Assembly: GCF_003231495.1 (NCBI RefSeq) | Contig: NZ_PQWO01000004.1 | Span: 330,001 to 362,000 of the forward strand | DNA from: Acaryochloris thomasi RCC1774 | GTDB taxonomy: Bacteria; Cyanobacteriota; Cyanobacteriia; Thermosynechococcales; Thermosynechococcaceae | Direction of reading: 5' to 3' | Length of the DNA stretch: 32,000 nucleotides | Part shown: positions 9,474-17,212 of the stretch, piece by piece | Position numbering within the stretch: the first letter of the stretch is position 1 | Layout of the letters: each line of letters begins with the position of its first letter | The notes under the pieces: model-generated | Database searches by the model: none | The model's input: the letters and a program-made list of their open reading frames with translations, nothing else | Told to the model about the DNA's origin: nothing | Made by a program: the position numbers and the translations under genes

Positions 9474-10577
9474 TTAAGAGGCCGTCGCGAACTGCCTTAG
9501 GGTTGGATAGTCCGTGTAACCTTCTGGGCCTGAAGTGTAGAATGTATCTGGATCAGGCGCGTTCAGATCTGCATTTTGAGCGAATCGCTCTGGCAAATCG
9601 GGATTGGCAATGAAAGGGACACCGTAGGCAATGGCGTCGGCTTGGTGGGTTGCGATCGCATCTCCTCCCGTCACCGCATCATAGCCACCATTAATAATCA
9701 TCGGCCCTTGAAACCCCTTGCGCATATGGGGATAAACCGTTGGCTCACCTTTCTCCGCCAGCATATGACCGGGCAGCGCCTCTAGCACATGTAGATAGGC
9801 TAGCTGAAAAGCATTCAGAGCCTCTGCGACATGAGTAAACGTTGCCACCGGATCACTATCGCGCATGTCATTAAAAGAACTGGTTGTCGAAAGTCGGATA
9901 CCTACACGGTCCGCACTCCAGGCATTGACAACGCCCTCCGTCACTTCTAAAAGGAAGCGCGCTCGATTGGCAATACTGCCACCGTAGGCATCTGTTCGCT
10001 GATTTGACCCATCTCGAAGGAACTGATCGATTAAATATCCATTGGCTGCATGGATTTCTACCCCGTCAAACCCCGCGCTTTTTGCCTTGCGAGTCGCCTC
10101 TGCATACTGCTCTACAATTCCTGAGATTTCTTCTGTATCAATCGCACGGGGCGTGACATAGGGCTTCTTACCTAAGGGGGTGTGAACTTCACCAAGCGGC
10201 GTTATCTCAGATGCCGAGATCGGGCGAATGCCACCCGGCTGGAAATCAGGGTGAGAGGCGCGGCCTGTATGCCAAAGCTGCAGAACAATCTTGCCTCCCC
10301 GCTGATGGACTGCATTGGTGATCGCTTGCCAGCCTTTAACCTGAGCATCAGAATAAATCCCCGGCGTTTCCGCCCAGCCTGCAGCCGCCTCTGAAATTTG
10401 CGTTGCTTCCGAGATAATCAGACCGGCGCTCGTGCGCTGCTGATAATACTCAACCATCAGCTCATTAGGGATACGCTCTACACCCGCACGCCCCCGCGTT
10501 AACGGGGCCATGATGATCCGATTCTCAAGGTTGATTGCACCCAACTGTAGGGGTTGGAAAAGAGTCGCGTTTTGCAT
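9474..10577 (-). CDS. Alkene reductase / NADH:flavin oxidoreductase, Old Yellow Enzyme family (NemA-like)
   Basis: LFQPLQLGAINLENRIIMAPLTR..., QLWHTGR and GFDGVEIHAANGYLIDQFL are canonical OYE motifs. Confidence 0.9.
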   Translation of the reverse strand: MQNATLFQPLQLGAINLENRIIMAPLTRGRAGVERIPNELMVEYYQQRTSAGLIISEATQISEAAAGWAETPGIYSDAQVKGWQAITNAVHQRGGKIVLQLWHTGRASHPDFQPGGIRPISASEITPLGEVHTPLGKKPYVTPRAIDTEEISGIVEQYAEATRKAKSAGFDGVEIHAANGYLIDQFLRDGSNQRTDAYGGSIANRARFLLEVTEGVVNAWSADRVGIRLSTTSSFNDMRDSDPVATFTHVAEALNAFQLAYLHVLEALPGHMLAEKGEPTVYPHMRKGFQGPMIINGGYDAVTGGDAIATHQADAIAYGVPFIANPDLPERFAQNADLNAPDPDTFYTSGPEGYTDYPTLRQFATAS

Positions 10578-10828
10578 TAGAAATAATACTCGTATGGGAT
10601 GAGAATAGAGAAAATACGGAAGCGTTCAACGCCAAGAGAAGATTAAGGCAGAGATGCTATCGGCTCTAGAATTGAGAGCAAGCTACCTTGAGACTTTCCC
10701 AACCCCCCTTGATCAGAGGAATTTGTCTGCTCGAGTCGATCGCTTTTGTTCCGAGTCGATACCTGACCCATCCACGGGATTTATCTTTGCCTCCTTGAAA
10801 AGAGAGGCTGGGGAATGGCCCCGTGAAT

Positions 10829-11152
10829 TTAAAGGTGCTTATCTAGCGCACTGGAGAGTTTTGACTTTGGTACGGCACCAGTCAGAGACTCAACGGCTTC
10901 TCCAGCTTTAAACACCATCAAGGTGGGAATACTCCGAACATCGTACTGGCTAGCGACATCACTGCTTTCGTCAATATTGAGCTTCACAACCTTGACTTGC
11001 TCAGCATACTGATCGGCAAGTTCTTCGACGATGGGACTGACAACCCGACAGGGACCACACCAAGGTGCCCAAAAATCCACCAATACCGGCTGGGCGTTCT
11101 CTAAAACTTCTTGCTGAAAGGTCGTGTCATTGATAGCAATCGTGGCCGACAT
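10829..11152 (-). CDS. trxA: Thioredoxin
   Basis: WAPWCGPCR active site and thioredoxin length from the ATG at 11152. That ATG is preceded by GAAGGAGG; the track ORF extends further, to 11248. Confidence 0.9.
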   Translation of the reverse strand: MSATIAINDTTFQQEVLENAQPVLVDFWAPWCGPCRVVSPIVEELADQYAEQVKVVKLNIDESSDVASQYDVRSIPTLMVFKAGEAVESLTGAVPKSKLSSALDKHL

Positions 11153-11176
11153 AGGTGTCCTCCTTCTTGTTCTTAA

Positions 11177-11193
11177 GTTCGAAAGTTTCGAAC
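11177..11193. promoter_or_regulatory. Perfect 8-1-8 palindrome GTTCGAAAgTTTCGAAC in the trxA/arsR-family divergent intergenic region; candidate operator
   Basis: Read directly from the sequence. It is centred in the 78-nt gap between the trxA start (11152) and the ArsR-family start (11231), just upstream of TAGAAT- and CATAAT-like -10 candidates. Confidence 0.45.
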
Positions 11194-11230
11194 AATTAGA
11201 ATATAGATCATTCAATGGCATAATGCAACG

Positions 11231-11551
11231 ATGAAGCTTCTTTATCATCCAGACTGTTCGCAGATTTCTTTGGCTGGGGTTCTATACGCCTTAGGCGATC
11301 CGGTGCGCCTACAGGTCGTGCAGCAGTTAGCGGCTGACGGTGAGCTAACCTGCAATGCTTTTGATTGCGATGTTGCTAAGTCCACAATGTCGCATCACTT
11401 TAAGATTTTGCGAGAATCTGGCGTGATTCGTTCTCGCAAAGAGGGGACTCAGCACGTTAATTCTCTAAGGCAAGACGAGCTGCAGGAACTGTTCCCAGGG
11501 TTATTAGATGCTGTGTTGCAGTCGAGTGCTTGTGGTGCTGTGACCGGATAG
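11231..11551 (+). CDS. ArsR/SmtB family transcriptional regulator
   Basis: [14 protein letters not shown]...[24 protein letters not shown] is a winged-HTH pattern of the ArsR family. A cysteine pair, ELTCNAFDC, sits at the position of the alpha3 metal/redox site. Confidence 0.85.
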   Translation: MKLLYHPDCSQISLAGVLYALGDPVRLQVVQQLAADGELTCNAFDCDVAKSTMSHHFKILRESGVIRSRKEGTQHVNSLRQDELQELFPGLLDAVLQSSACGAVTG

Positions 11552-11852
11552 GTCTGCTGTCACGGAAAAAGTGCTTTGCTTTTGAGGCCAAGTTGGTGAT
11601 CACCTGGTCAGCAATTCTCATTTTAGAGAAACGCTCTTTCTGCAAGGGTGGTGTGTCTTGCTAGGGTGACCGTAAGTGACCTTGTCCACTTTTTTTCGGG
11701 GCAAGGTCACGGGCGGAGTGGGCTGGGTGTGAGGACATATCTGAGTAGGTCTTTTAGACTCTGACATAATCAAGTTTGCTCAGATTTGATCTTCTTCTCA
11801 GCAGACGCGATGGCGTAACCATTGCCGCACTCGTACTTCTCAATTCAAGACG

Positions 11853-12959
11853 TTATCTCTTTGTTTGAGCTGTCACGAAGTTAGCAAAGCTAATCTCGTT
11901 CACCTGATGCCACTGATAAACCTGCTCCCGGAAAGCTGTCCACGGTTCATAGACCCGCCTGAAGTCGCTGTTCTTGGCTGCGTTTTCTGCATACAGCTCA
12001 AACGCTTTCTCTTGGGCTGCTTTGAGAATGTCATCACTATAGCGAGCTAACTTTGTTCCACCCGCCGTTAAGCGCCCCAGAGCCTCACGATTCAAGGCAT
12101 CATACTGGGCCAGCATATTGATATTGGCTTCATAGGCTGCGGTTTTGAAGACTTCTTGATATTCCGTCGGTAGCTTATCCCAGTCTGATCGATTCACCAA
12201 TACGTCTAGCGTGGCCCCCGGTTCCCACCAGCCTGGGTAGTAGTAGTAAGGAGCAGCTTTATGCAGCCCTAGCTTTTCGTCGTCGTAGGGACCAACCCAT
12301 TCTGCCGCATCAATGGTGCCGCGTTCTAGAGCCAAAAAGATTTCCCCCCCAGGAATGAGTTGAACATTGACCCCCAGGCGACTCATCACTTCGCCCCCCA
12401 GCCCCGGAATCCGCATCTTTAGCCCTTTTAAGTCTGCCACCGACTGAATCTGACGCTTGAACCAGCCCCCCATCTGCGTGCCAGTGTTCCCCGCCGGGAA
12501 GTTAATGACCCCAAAGTCAGCATAGATATCTTGAATAGCCTTTAACCCGCCGCCATGATAGAGCCAAGCATTCTGCTGCTGCGCCGTCAGCCCAAAGGGT
12601 ACAGAGGTTGCAAATCCCAGAGCTGGGTTCTTGCCAATGTAGTAATAGCTGGCGGTATGACCACACTGCACCGTTCCTGACTGCACTGCATCTAAAACCT
12701 GGGGGCCGGGGACGATCTCACCGGCTTCAAAGGGTTTAATTTCAAAGCGGCCATCGGTCATAGCACTGACGCGATCGCATACCCTTGTCGCTCCGCCGGA
12801 AATGGTGTCCAGCGAACCGGGCCAGCTTGTTGCCATCCGCCATTGGACTTTGGCAGCGCCCGTTCCCTGTGAGGCTCTACGCGGTATGGGTGAGCAGGCG
12901 GCGGCTGTACTTCCTGCTGCGCCGATTACTGCATTACGGATAAATTTGCTGCGTTTCAC
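11853..12959 (-). CDS. TRAP transporter substrate-binding protein (DctP-type, COG4663-like)
   Basis: Signal-like N-terminus ([21 protein letters not shown]) followed by [13 protein letters not shown]...[11 protein letters not shown]..., typical of TRAP solute receptors. GTG start preceded by GAGGAG. Confidence 0.85.
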   Translation of the reverse strand: MKRSKFIRNAVIGAAGSTAAACSPIPRRASQGTGAAKVQWRMATSWPGSLDTISGGATRVCDRVSAMTDGRFEIKPFEAGEIVPGPQVLDAVQSGTVQCGHTASYYYIGKNPALGFATSVPFGLTAQQQNAWLYHGGGLKAIQDIYADFGVINFPAGNTGTQMGGWFKRQIQSVADLKGLKMRIPGLGGEVMSRLGVNVQLIPGGEIFLALERGTIDAAEWVGPYDDEKLGLHKAAPYYYYPGWWEPGATLDVLVNRSDWDKLPTEYQEVFKTAAYEANINMLAQYDALNREALGRLTAGGTKLARYSDDILKAAQEKAFELYAENAAKNSDFRRVYEPWTAFREQVYQWHQVNEISFANFVTAQTKR

Positions 12960-13080
12960 ACCTGACTCCTCACCTGCGCTGCCGAGTGGCAGTTTTGCTC
13001 CCCAATCCTACCGGGAAATAGTTCGCTAACTTGTCTGAAGGCTCTTTCTTGACAGATATCGCTTTTTTCCTAAACAGCCC

Positions 13081-13413
13081 CTAGCTCAAGTCTTCCGTCG
13101 GAGCACCAGGGGCATTGGTCTTGACGGAAGAAATACCGTTCTCCATTGCTTGAATAGAGGAATACATCTCACTAGTGCCGACAATCTCGCCATTTGCAGC
13201 CTTGAGGACAAAGTAGGGTTCCTGCTTTGTCGATGTGAGTCGGTTGTACCGATCATCGTGGGGAGCATTCATTTGTACAGACTCGATGCCGTTCGTGGCG
13301 CTAGCCTTGGCTTTGTAGAGTTCGCTAGAGAGGATGACTTGACCATTATTGGCCTTGAAATTGAAGTGAAACTGACCGTTTGTAGCCCGCTTGAGTTCAA
13401 ATTTTCTCGGCAT
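13081..13413 (-). CDS. YegP family protein (tandem DUF1508 repeats)
   Basis: Two repeats of the DUF1508 pattern: GQFHFNFKANNGQVILSSELYKAKASATNGIESV and YFVLKAANGEIVGTSEMYSSIQAMENGISSV. Confidence 0.85.
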   Translation of the reverse strand: MPRKFELKRATNGQFHFNFKANNGQVILSSELYKAKASATNGIESVQMNAPHDDRYNRLTSTKQEPYFVLKAANGEIVGTSEMYSSIQAMENGISSVKTNAPGAPTEDLS

Positions 13414-13684
13414 TGGTCTTTCCTTGAGTGCAGTAGTTAGCGATTTAACCCACGCTTACGTGCTCTAACTCATGGGCGGCTAATCTCCAGTAATCGCTTG
13501 TAGGAATTATCTCAGTCGGAGTTACGACGGCCTGTACAGTGTTACATTTACTTACTCTGGTGCTGGAACCTCATGATTGATCAACCATGCAGTATGACCT
13601 CTATTTGCTGTTTTTGAAAGAGCTGTTCCCGACTTTGATCTATGGCCCTTATGGTTCTTAAGATAGGCGTAATTTAGTTCTGTA

Positions 13685-14779
13685 ATGCAGAAAGTTCTTA
13701 TTATTGGCGGCACTGGACGCATCGGCCAAAGTGTTGCGAAGGATATTCTCAGCCATACCGATGCCCACGTCATAATCACGGGTCGCCAAGTGGGGCAGAC
13801 GGTTGCAGATAAGCTCGGTTCTCGGGCAACCTTTCAAGCGCTCGATCTCGCAAACTATGAAGGTCTAAAGAGCGCTGTTGCTGCTGCTGATCTGGTCATC
13901 CACACTGCTGGTCCCTTCCACGATCGCAACGCCCAGGTCTTGCAACTATGTATAGACAATGGTGTCAACTACCTAGATGTCAGCGACCACCGTTCTTTTA
14001 CCAACAAAGCGGTGGCTTATCGAGAAGATGCGATCGCAAACAACGTCACGGCCATCATCAATACAGGCGTCTTCCCCGGCATCTCCAACAGCATGGTGCG
14101 GCAAGATGTTGAAGCACTCGATCAGGCCGAACATATTCATCTGAGCTATGTGGTGGCGGGTTCTGGTGGAGCCGGATTGACGGTGATGCGAACCACTTTT
14201 CTAGGCTTACAGAATACCTTTGACGTGTGGCGTTCAGGTCAGTGGGTGTCAGCGGAACCCTACAGCAAACGCGAAGTGATCCACTTCCCAAAACCCTACG
14301 GACCTGTCAATGTTTTTTGGTTTGATGTCCCGGAGGCGCTGACGCTGGCGCAGTCGTTCGATGTACAAACGGTAATCACAAAGTTTGGCTCGGTGCCAGA
14401 AATATACAACGTATTAACTTGGCTAACGGCTCGACTGCCAAAAGCATTGCTGCGGAAGCGTTCTGTGATTGAGTTCTTCTCTTGGGGCAGCTATCGTTGT
14501 ACAGAATTTAGCGATCGCTTCACGGGGACGGGTGTTGCCATGCGTTCTGAGGTCAAAGGTTTGAAGGATGGGAAGCCGACGACGGCTTGTTCGACATTGG
14601 TGGTGGATGACACTGCGATCGCAGCCGGTTATGGCACCGGTAGTATTGCCCAACTCATCTTGTCAGGGCAGTTCTCTAAACCGGGTGTTTGGCCTGTTGA
14701 AGCGAGTTTTCCCACAGATCTCTGTCAGTCGATGTTGAAACTGCGTGGCGTCAACATCGAACAGCAGATATTCAACTAG
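13685..14779 (+). CDS. Saccharopine dehydrogenase family NAD(P)-binding protein
   Basis: N-terminal Rossmann motif (KVLIIGGTGRIGQSVA) and overall sequence pattern typical of the saccharopine dehydrogenase family. The last ~270 nt are duplicated in diverged form at 15750-16025. Confidence 0.85.
   Translation: MQKVLIIGGTGRIGQSVAKDILSHTDAHVIITGRQVGQTVADKLGSRATFQALDLANYEGLKSAVAAADLVIHTAGPFHDRNAQVLQLCIDNGVNYLDVSDHRSFTNKAVAYREDAIANNVTAIINTGVFPGISNSMVRQDVEALDQAEHIHLSYVVAGSGGAGLTVMRTTFLGLQNTFDVWRSGQWVSAEPYSKREVIHFPKPYGPVNVFWFDVPEALTLAQSFDVQTVITKFGSVPEIYNVLTWLTARLPKALLRKRSVIEFFSWGSYRCTEFSDRFTGTGVAMRSEVKGLKDGKPTTACSTLVVDDTAIAAGYGTGSIAQLILSGQFSKPGVWPVEASFPTDLCQSMLKLRGVNIEQQIFN
14511..14518. repeat. HIP1 octamer GCGATCGC; representative of 23 copies seen by eye
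   Basis: Start positions found by eye: 467, 1135, 1838, 3613, 3769, 4416, 4988, 6088, 9652, 12771, 14030, 14511, 14615, 15858, 18564, 19221, 20954, 21994, 22795, 25400, 25518, 27419, 27711. HIP1 over-representation is a known hallmark of many cyanobacterial genomes. Confidence 0.8.
14511..14779 (+). repeat. Copy A of a diverged direct repeat; this is the in-frame, functional 3' end of the saccharopine-dehydrogenase-family gene
   Basis: By hand alignment to 15750-16025, the shared identical blocks are acgggtgttgccatgcg, gcttgttcgacatt and actgcgatcgcagccggtta. Homology begins at the HIP1 octamer at 14511-14518. Confidence 0.8.
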
Positions 14780-14849
14780 CGCTTTTCTGCTTCTGTTCTA
14801 AAACTGAGCTTTCACAACCCGCTTCGATAATGCCTGATATCAGTTTGGC

Positions 14850-14855
14850 TATAAT
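14850..14855 (+). promoter_or_regulatory. Consensus TATAAT -10 hexamer, ~50 nt upstream of the HNH-cassette first gene
   Basis: TATAAT read directly from ...tttggcTATAATgcg.... I found no convincing -35 element. Confidence 0.25.
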
Positions 14856-14905
14856 GCGATTGCAACCAGTCAGACGCAATTCTAATTTCACCAGGGCTGT
14901 AGGCG

Positions 14906-15316
14906 ATGCCATCTGTTCAAGTTACCTCACAAATCAACCTTGACCTTGACCAACTCATAGAAGGTGTGGCCCAGCTAGACACGCCTGATCTAGAAAAATT
15001 TCTAGCACAAGTGAGCCATGTTCTCGCCCGACGTAAAATTCCAAACCAGCCTGAGCAAGAGACAGAACTGCTGCAGTTAATTAATCAAGGCTTACCCGAC
15101 CCTATTCAGGAACGCTACGATTTTCTCCGAGCAAAATGTCAGGCCGAAACGCTAACGCTCACAGAACACCAAGAACTACTTAAGCTGATCGACACTGCCG
15201 AAAGCTCTACCAATGAGCGGCTAGGACATTTGATAACCCTAGCGAGTCTTCGTCAGGTTTCGCTGCCAGAGTTGATGAAACAGCTCGATATTCAGCCACC
15301 TGCCCCCGATGTCTAG
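14906..15316 (+). CDS. Hypothetical 136-aa helical protein, translationally coupled partner of the HNH endonuclease (possible antitoxin or immunity/adaptor)
   Basis: ATG at 14906. The stop TAG at 15314-15316 overlaps the HNH ATG at 15309 (ATGTCTAG, 8-nt overlap). The sequence is acidic and helical-looking, ending ...LRQVSLPELMKQLDIQPP. I have seen proteins of this kind upstream of small cyanobacterial HNH genes; this is recollection, not a search result. Confidence 0.65.
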   Translation: MPSVQVTSQINLDLDQLIEGVAQLDTPDLEKFLAQVSHVLARRKIPNQPEQETELLQLINQGLPDPIQERYDFLRAKCQAETLTLTEHQELLKLIDTAESSTNERLGHLITLASLRQVSLPELMKQLDIQPPAPDV

Positions 15317-15734
15317 ACGCTACATCACCATCGATGAGCAACAAATCGTTATTGATCGGGCTGCTAAACGCTGTGAATACTGCCAGAGCTTGATGGACTA
15401 CACACCACAATCATTCGCAATTGAGCATATTGTGCCGATCTCAGAGGGTGGTCTAACTTTGTTAGATAATCTAGCCCTTGCCTGTGGTGGCTGTAACGGT
15501 CATAAATACACTAAACAATCCGGCATCGATCCCGTCACGAAAGCGACTACGCCTCTATATCATCCCAGACATCTGCAGTGGGCAGATCACTTTGTATGGA
15601 GTCAAGATTACCTGAGTCTCATTGGTACAACGGCCATCGGTAGAGCAACGATTGAAACACTTAAACTCAATCGAACTGGCGTTGTCAATTTACGTAAGCT
15701 GCTGATTTTAGCTAGATTACATCCACCTAGCTAA
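15309..15734 (+). CDS. HNH endonuclease (small, McrA/COG1403-like)
   Basis: CEYCQS...EHIVPISEGGLTLLDNLALACGGCNGHKY is an HNH ββα-metal motif with a CxxC...CxxC zinc knuckle. Confidence 0.85.
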   Translation: MSRRYITIDEQQIVIDRAAKRCEYCQSLMDYTPQSFAIEHIVPISEGGLTLLDNLALACGGCNGHKYTKQSGIDPVTKATTPLYHPRHLQWADHFVWSQDYLSLIGTTAIGRATIETLKLNRTGVVNLRKLLILARLHPPS

Positions 15735-15749
15735 TCACTATGCCTCGAT

Positions 15750-16025
15750 GCGATCACTTCATGGGCACGGGTGTTGCCATGCGCTCTGAGTCAAAGACCT
15801 GGACCTGAAGGACGCGAAGCCGACGACAGCTTGTTCGACATTGTGGTGGATGATACTGCGATCGCAGCCGGTTACGGCACAGGCGGTATTGCCCAACTGA
15901 TTCTATCGGGGCAGTTCACTAAACCTGGAGTTTGGCCTGTAGAAGCCAGCTTGCCAACTAATTTCTTTCAAAAAATGCTCTCCCAACGTGGCATTTCAGT
16001 TACTCAGAAGATAGCAAAGAGTTAA
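15750..16025 (+). pseudogene. Displaced, frameshifted copy (copy B) of the 3' end of the saccharopine-dehydrogenase-family gene
   Basis: It aligns to 14511-14779. Relative to copy A it lacks a g in gag-tcaaag, has extra bases in acctggacc, and lacks a g in catt-gtgg. The copy-A frame therefore hits TGA after ...GTGVAMRSESKTWT. The last 60 codons are back in frame and 43/59 identical to copy A by hand alignment. The HIP1 site at the junction has decayed to GCGATCAC (15750-15757). Confidence 0.8.
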
Positions 16026-16084
16026 AATCATTCCCATCCTTGAAGGCTACTATGGAGGAGTAGAAGCGTATCATCACCAGATAA

Positions 16085-17212
16085 ATGCTATCTAAGTTGC
16101 AAGTTCAGCATTATAAGAGTCTATTTGATACAGAGATAACATTGGAGCCGTTAACCGTATTCATTGGCCCAAATGGATCGGGAAAGTCTAATATTTGTGA
16201 ATCTTTATCCGTACTATCCAGCTTCTTTCAAGCAATTTCTAATCCCCAAGATTATGACATGCAGGGGCTGTTTACAAAGTACACTCAAAAAACTGGTAGC
16301 AACCAAAGTTTTGAATCTAAATTCTGGCAAGGACAACTGAACTATCTTGTCTTCAAAGCCAGCTCACTAACTATCGAAGACGATCCTCCTTCCGAAGAGG
16401 GGAAAAATATTACTGAATTATCTCTTGGAATTGACTATCCCGAACAGCTAATCTTTGCCAAGGCTTCTAGCAAAGATTATGTAAGGAACAAATACACTGA
16501 ACGAGTTAGGTCTGAGCTGATTGGCTCAGGAGTTTTTGATTCTGAAATCTTCTCTGCACTGAAAAAAGTTGAAGTCTATGATTTCTCTCCTGCTGCCTTG
16601 GCACGTGTCGTTGGTTCATCAGTAACCTCCATGAATCGTACAGGAGAAGGTATTGCCTATGCTCTAGTCGACATCTTGCACGCTGATCGTCAAGGCTTTG
16701 ATGAATTGGAGGAGAGACTGAGGCAGCTCCTGCCCAACATCAGTAGGATTGTTCTACCTCGAGGCAATAATCAGAGCTTCTCACTTGAATTAATCGATAA
16801 ATATTCGGATCACCATATCCCTTCCTCCGATATCTCAGATGGCTCACTGAGAATTATTGCTTTCTTAACAGCGCTGTATCAGGAAGATACTCCAAGTATT
16901 ATTTGCTTTGAAGAGATTGAGAATGGAGTTCATCCTTGGCTTCTACACAAAATGGTGGAGTTACTGAAAATTGTCTCTACTGAGGGAATTTCCGGTCAGC
17001 CAGTCCAAGTTCTGATCACTACTCACTCACCTACACTACTCAACTATGTTGATCCTCATCAAGTACGCGCGGTAGAAATAGATAAAGAAGGTAAAACTCA
17101 AGTTCATACTTTACCAACAGACTCGGCTCGTTTCCGAAAGGCATTGGAAGCATACGACGGAGATTTAGGAGAACTCTGGTTTACGGATCAATTTGGGGGT
17201 AATCCAGCATGA
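16085..17212 (+). CDS. ABC-type ATPase of the AAA_15/AAA_21 (OLD/PARIS AriA/Septu PtuA-like) class
   Basis: Walker A is GPNGSGKS (aa 28-35, nt 16166-16189). The signature-like motif is SDGSLR (aa 251-256), Walker B is IICFEEIENGVHP (aa 272-284), and the H-loop is ITTHSP (aa 311-316). About 200 aa are inserted between Walker A and the signature motif. Confidence 0.85.
   Translation: MLSKLQVQHYKSLFDTEITLEPLTVFIGPNGSGKSNICESLSVLSSFFQAISNPQDYDMQGLFTKYTQKTGSNQSFESKFWQGQLNYLVFKASSLTIEDDPPSEEGKNITELSLGIDYPEQLIFAKASSKDYVRNKYTERVRSELIGSGVFDSEIFSALKKVEVYDFSPAALARVVGSSVTSMNRTGEGIAYALVDILHADRQGFDELEERLRQLLPNISRIVLPRGNNQSFSLELIDKYSDHHIPSSDISDGSLRIIAFLTALYQEDTPSIICFEEIENGVHPWLLHKMVELLKIVSTEGISGQPVQVLITTHSPTLLNYVDPHQVRAVEIDKEGKTQVHTLPTDSARFRKALEAYDGDLGELWFTDQFGGNPA

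Noticed and set aside
10654-10911. An 85-aa plus-strand ORF downstream of the OYE gene that overlaps the thioredoxin 3' end.
   Set aside because: It overlaps a certain gene by ~80 nt on the opposite strand. It has no recognisable family or Shine-Dalgarno element and lies in what is more plausibly the OYE promoter / trxA terminator region.
11177-11193. GTTCGAA-containing sequence that superficially resembles a tRNA T-arm (GGTTCGAATCC).
   Set aside because: There is no acceptor, D or anticodon arm structure around it. It is a perfect palindrome in a divergent promoter region, which is better explained as an operator.
15309-17212. Reading the HNH endonuclease plus the AAA_15/21-like ATPase as a Septu (PtuA/PtuB) system.
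   Set aside because: The gene order is reversed relative to Septu. The two genes are separated by a 276-nt pseudogene fragment and belong to differently coupled pairs: HNH with its upstream partner, ATPase with the Toprim gene. I kept it only as an alternative to test.
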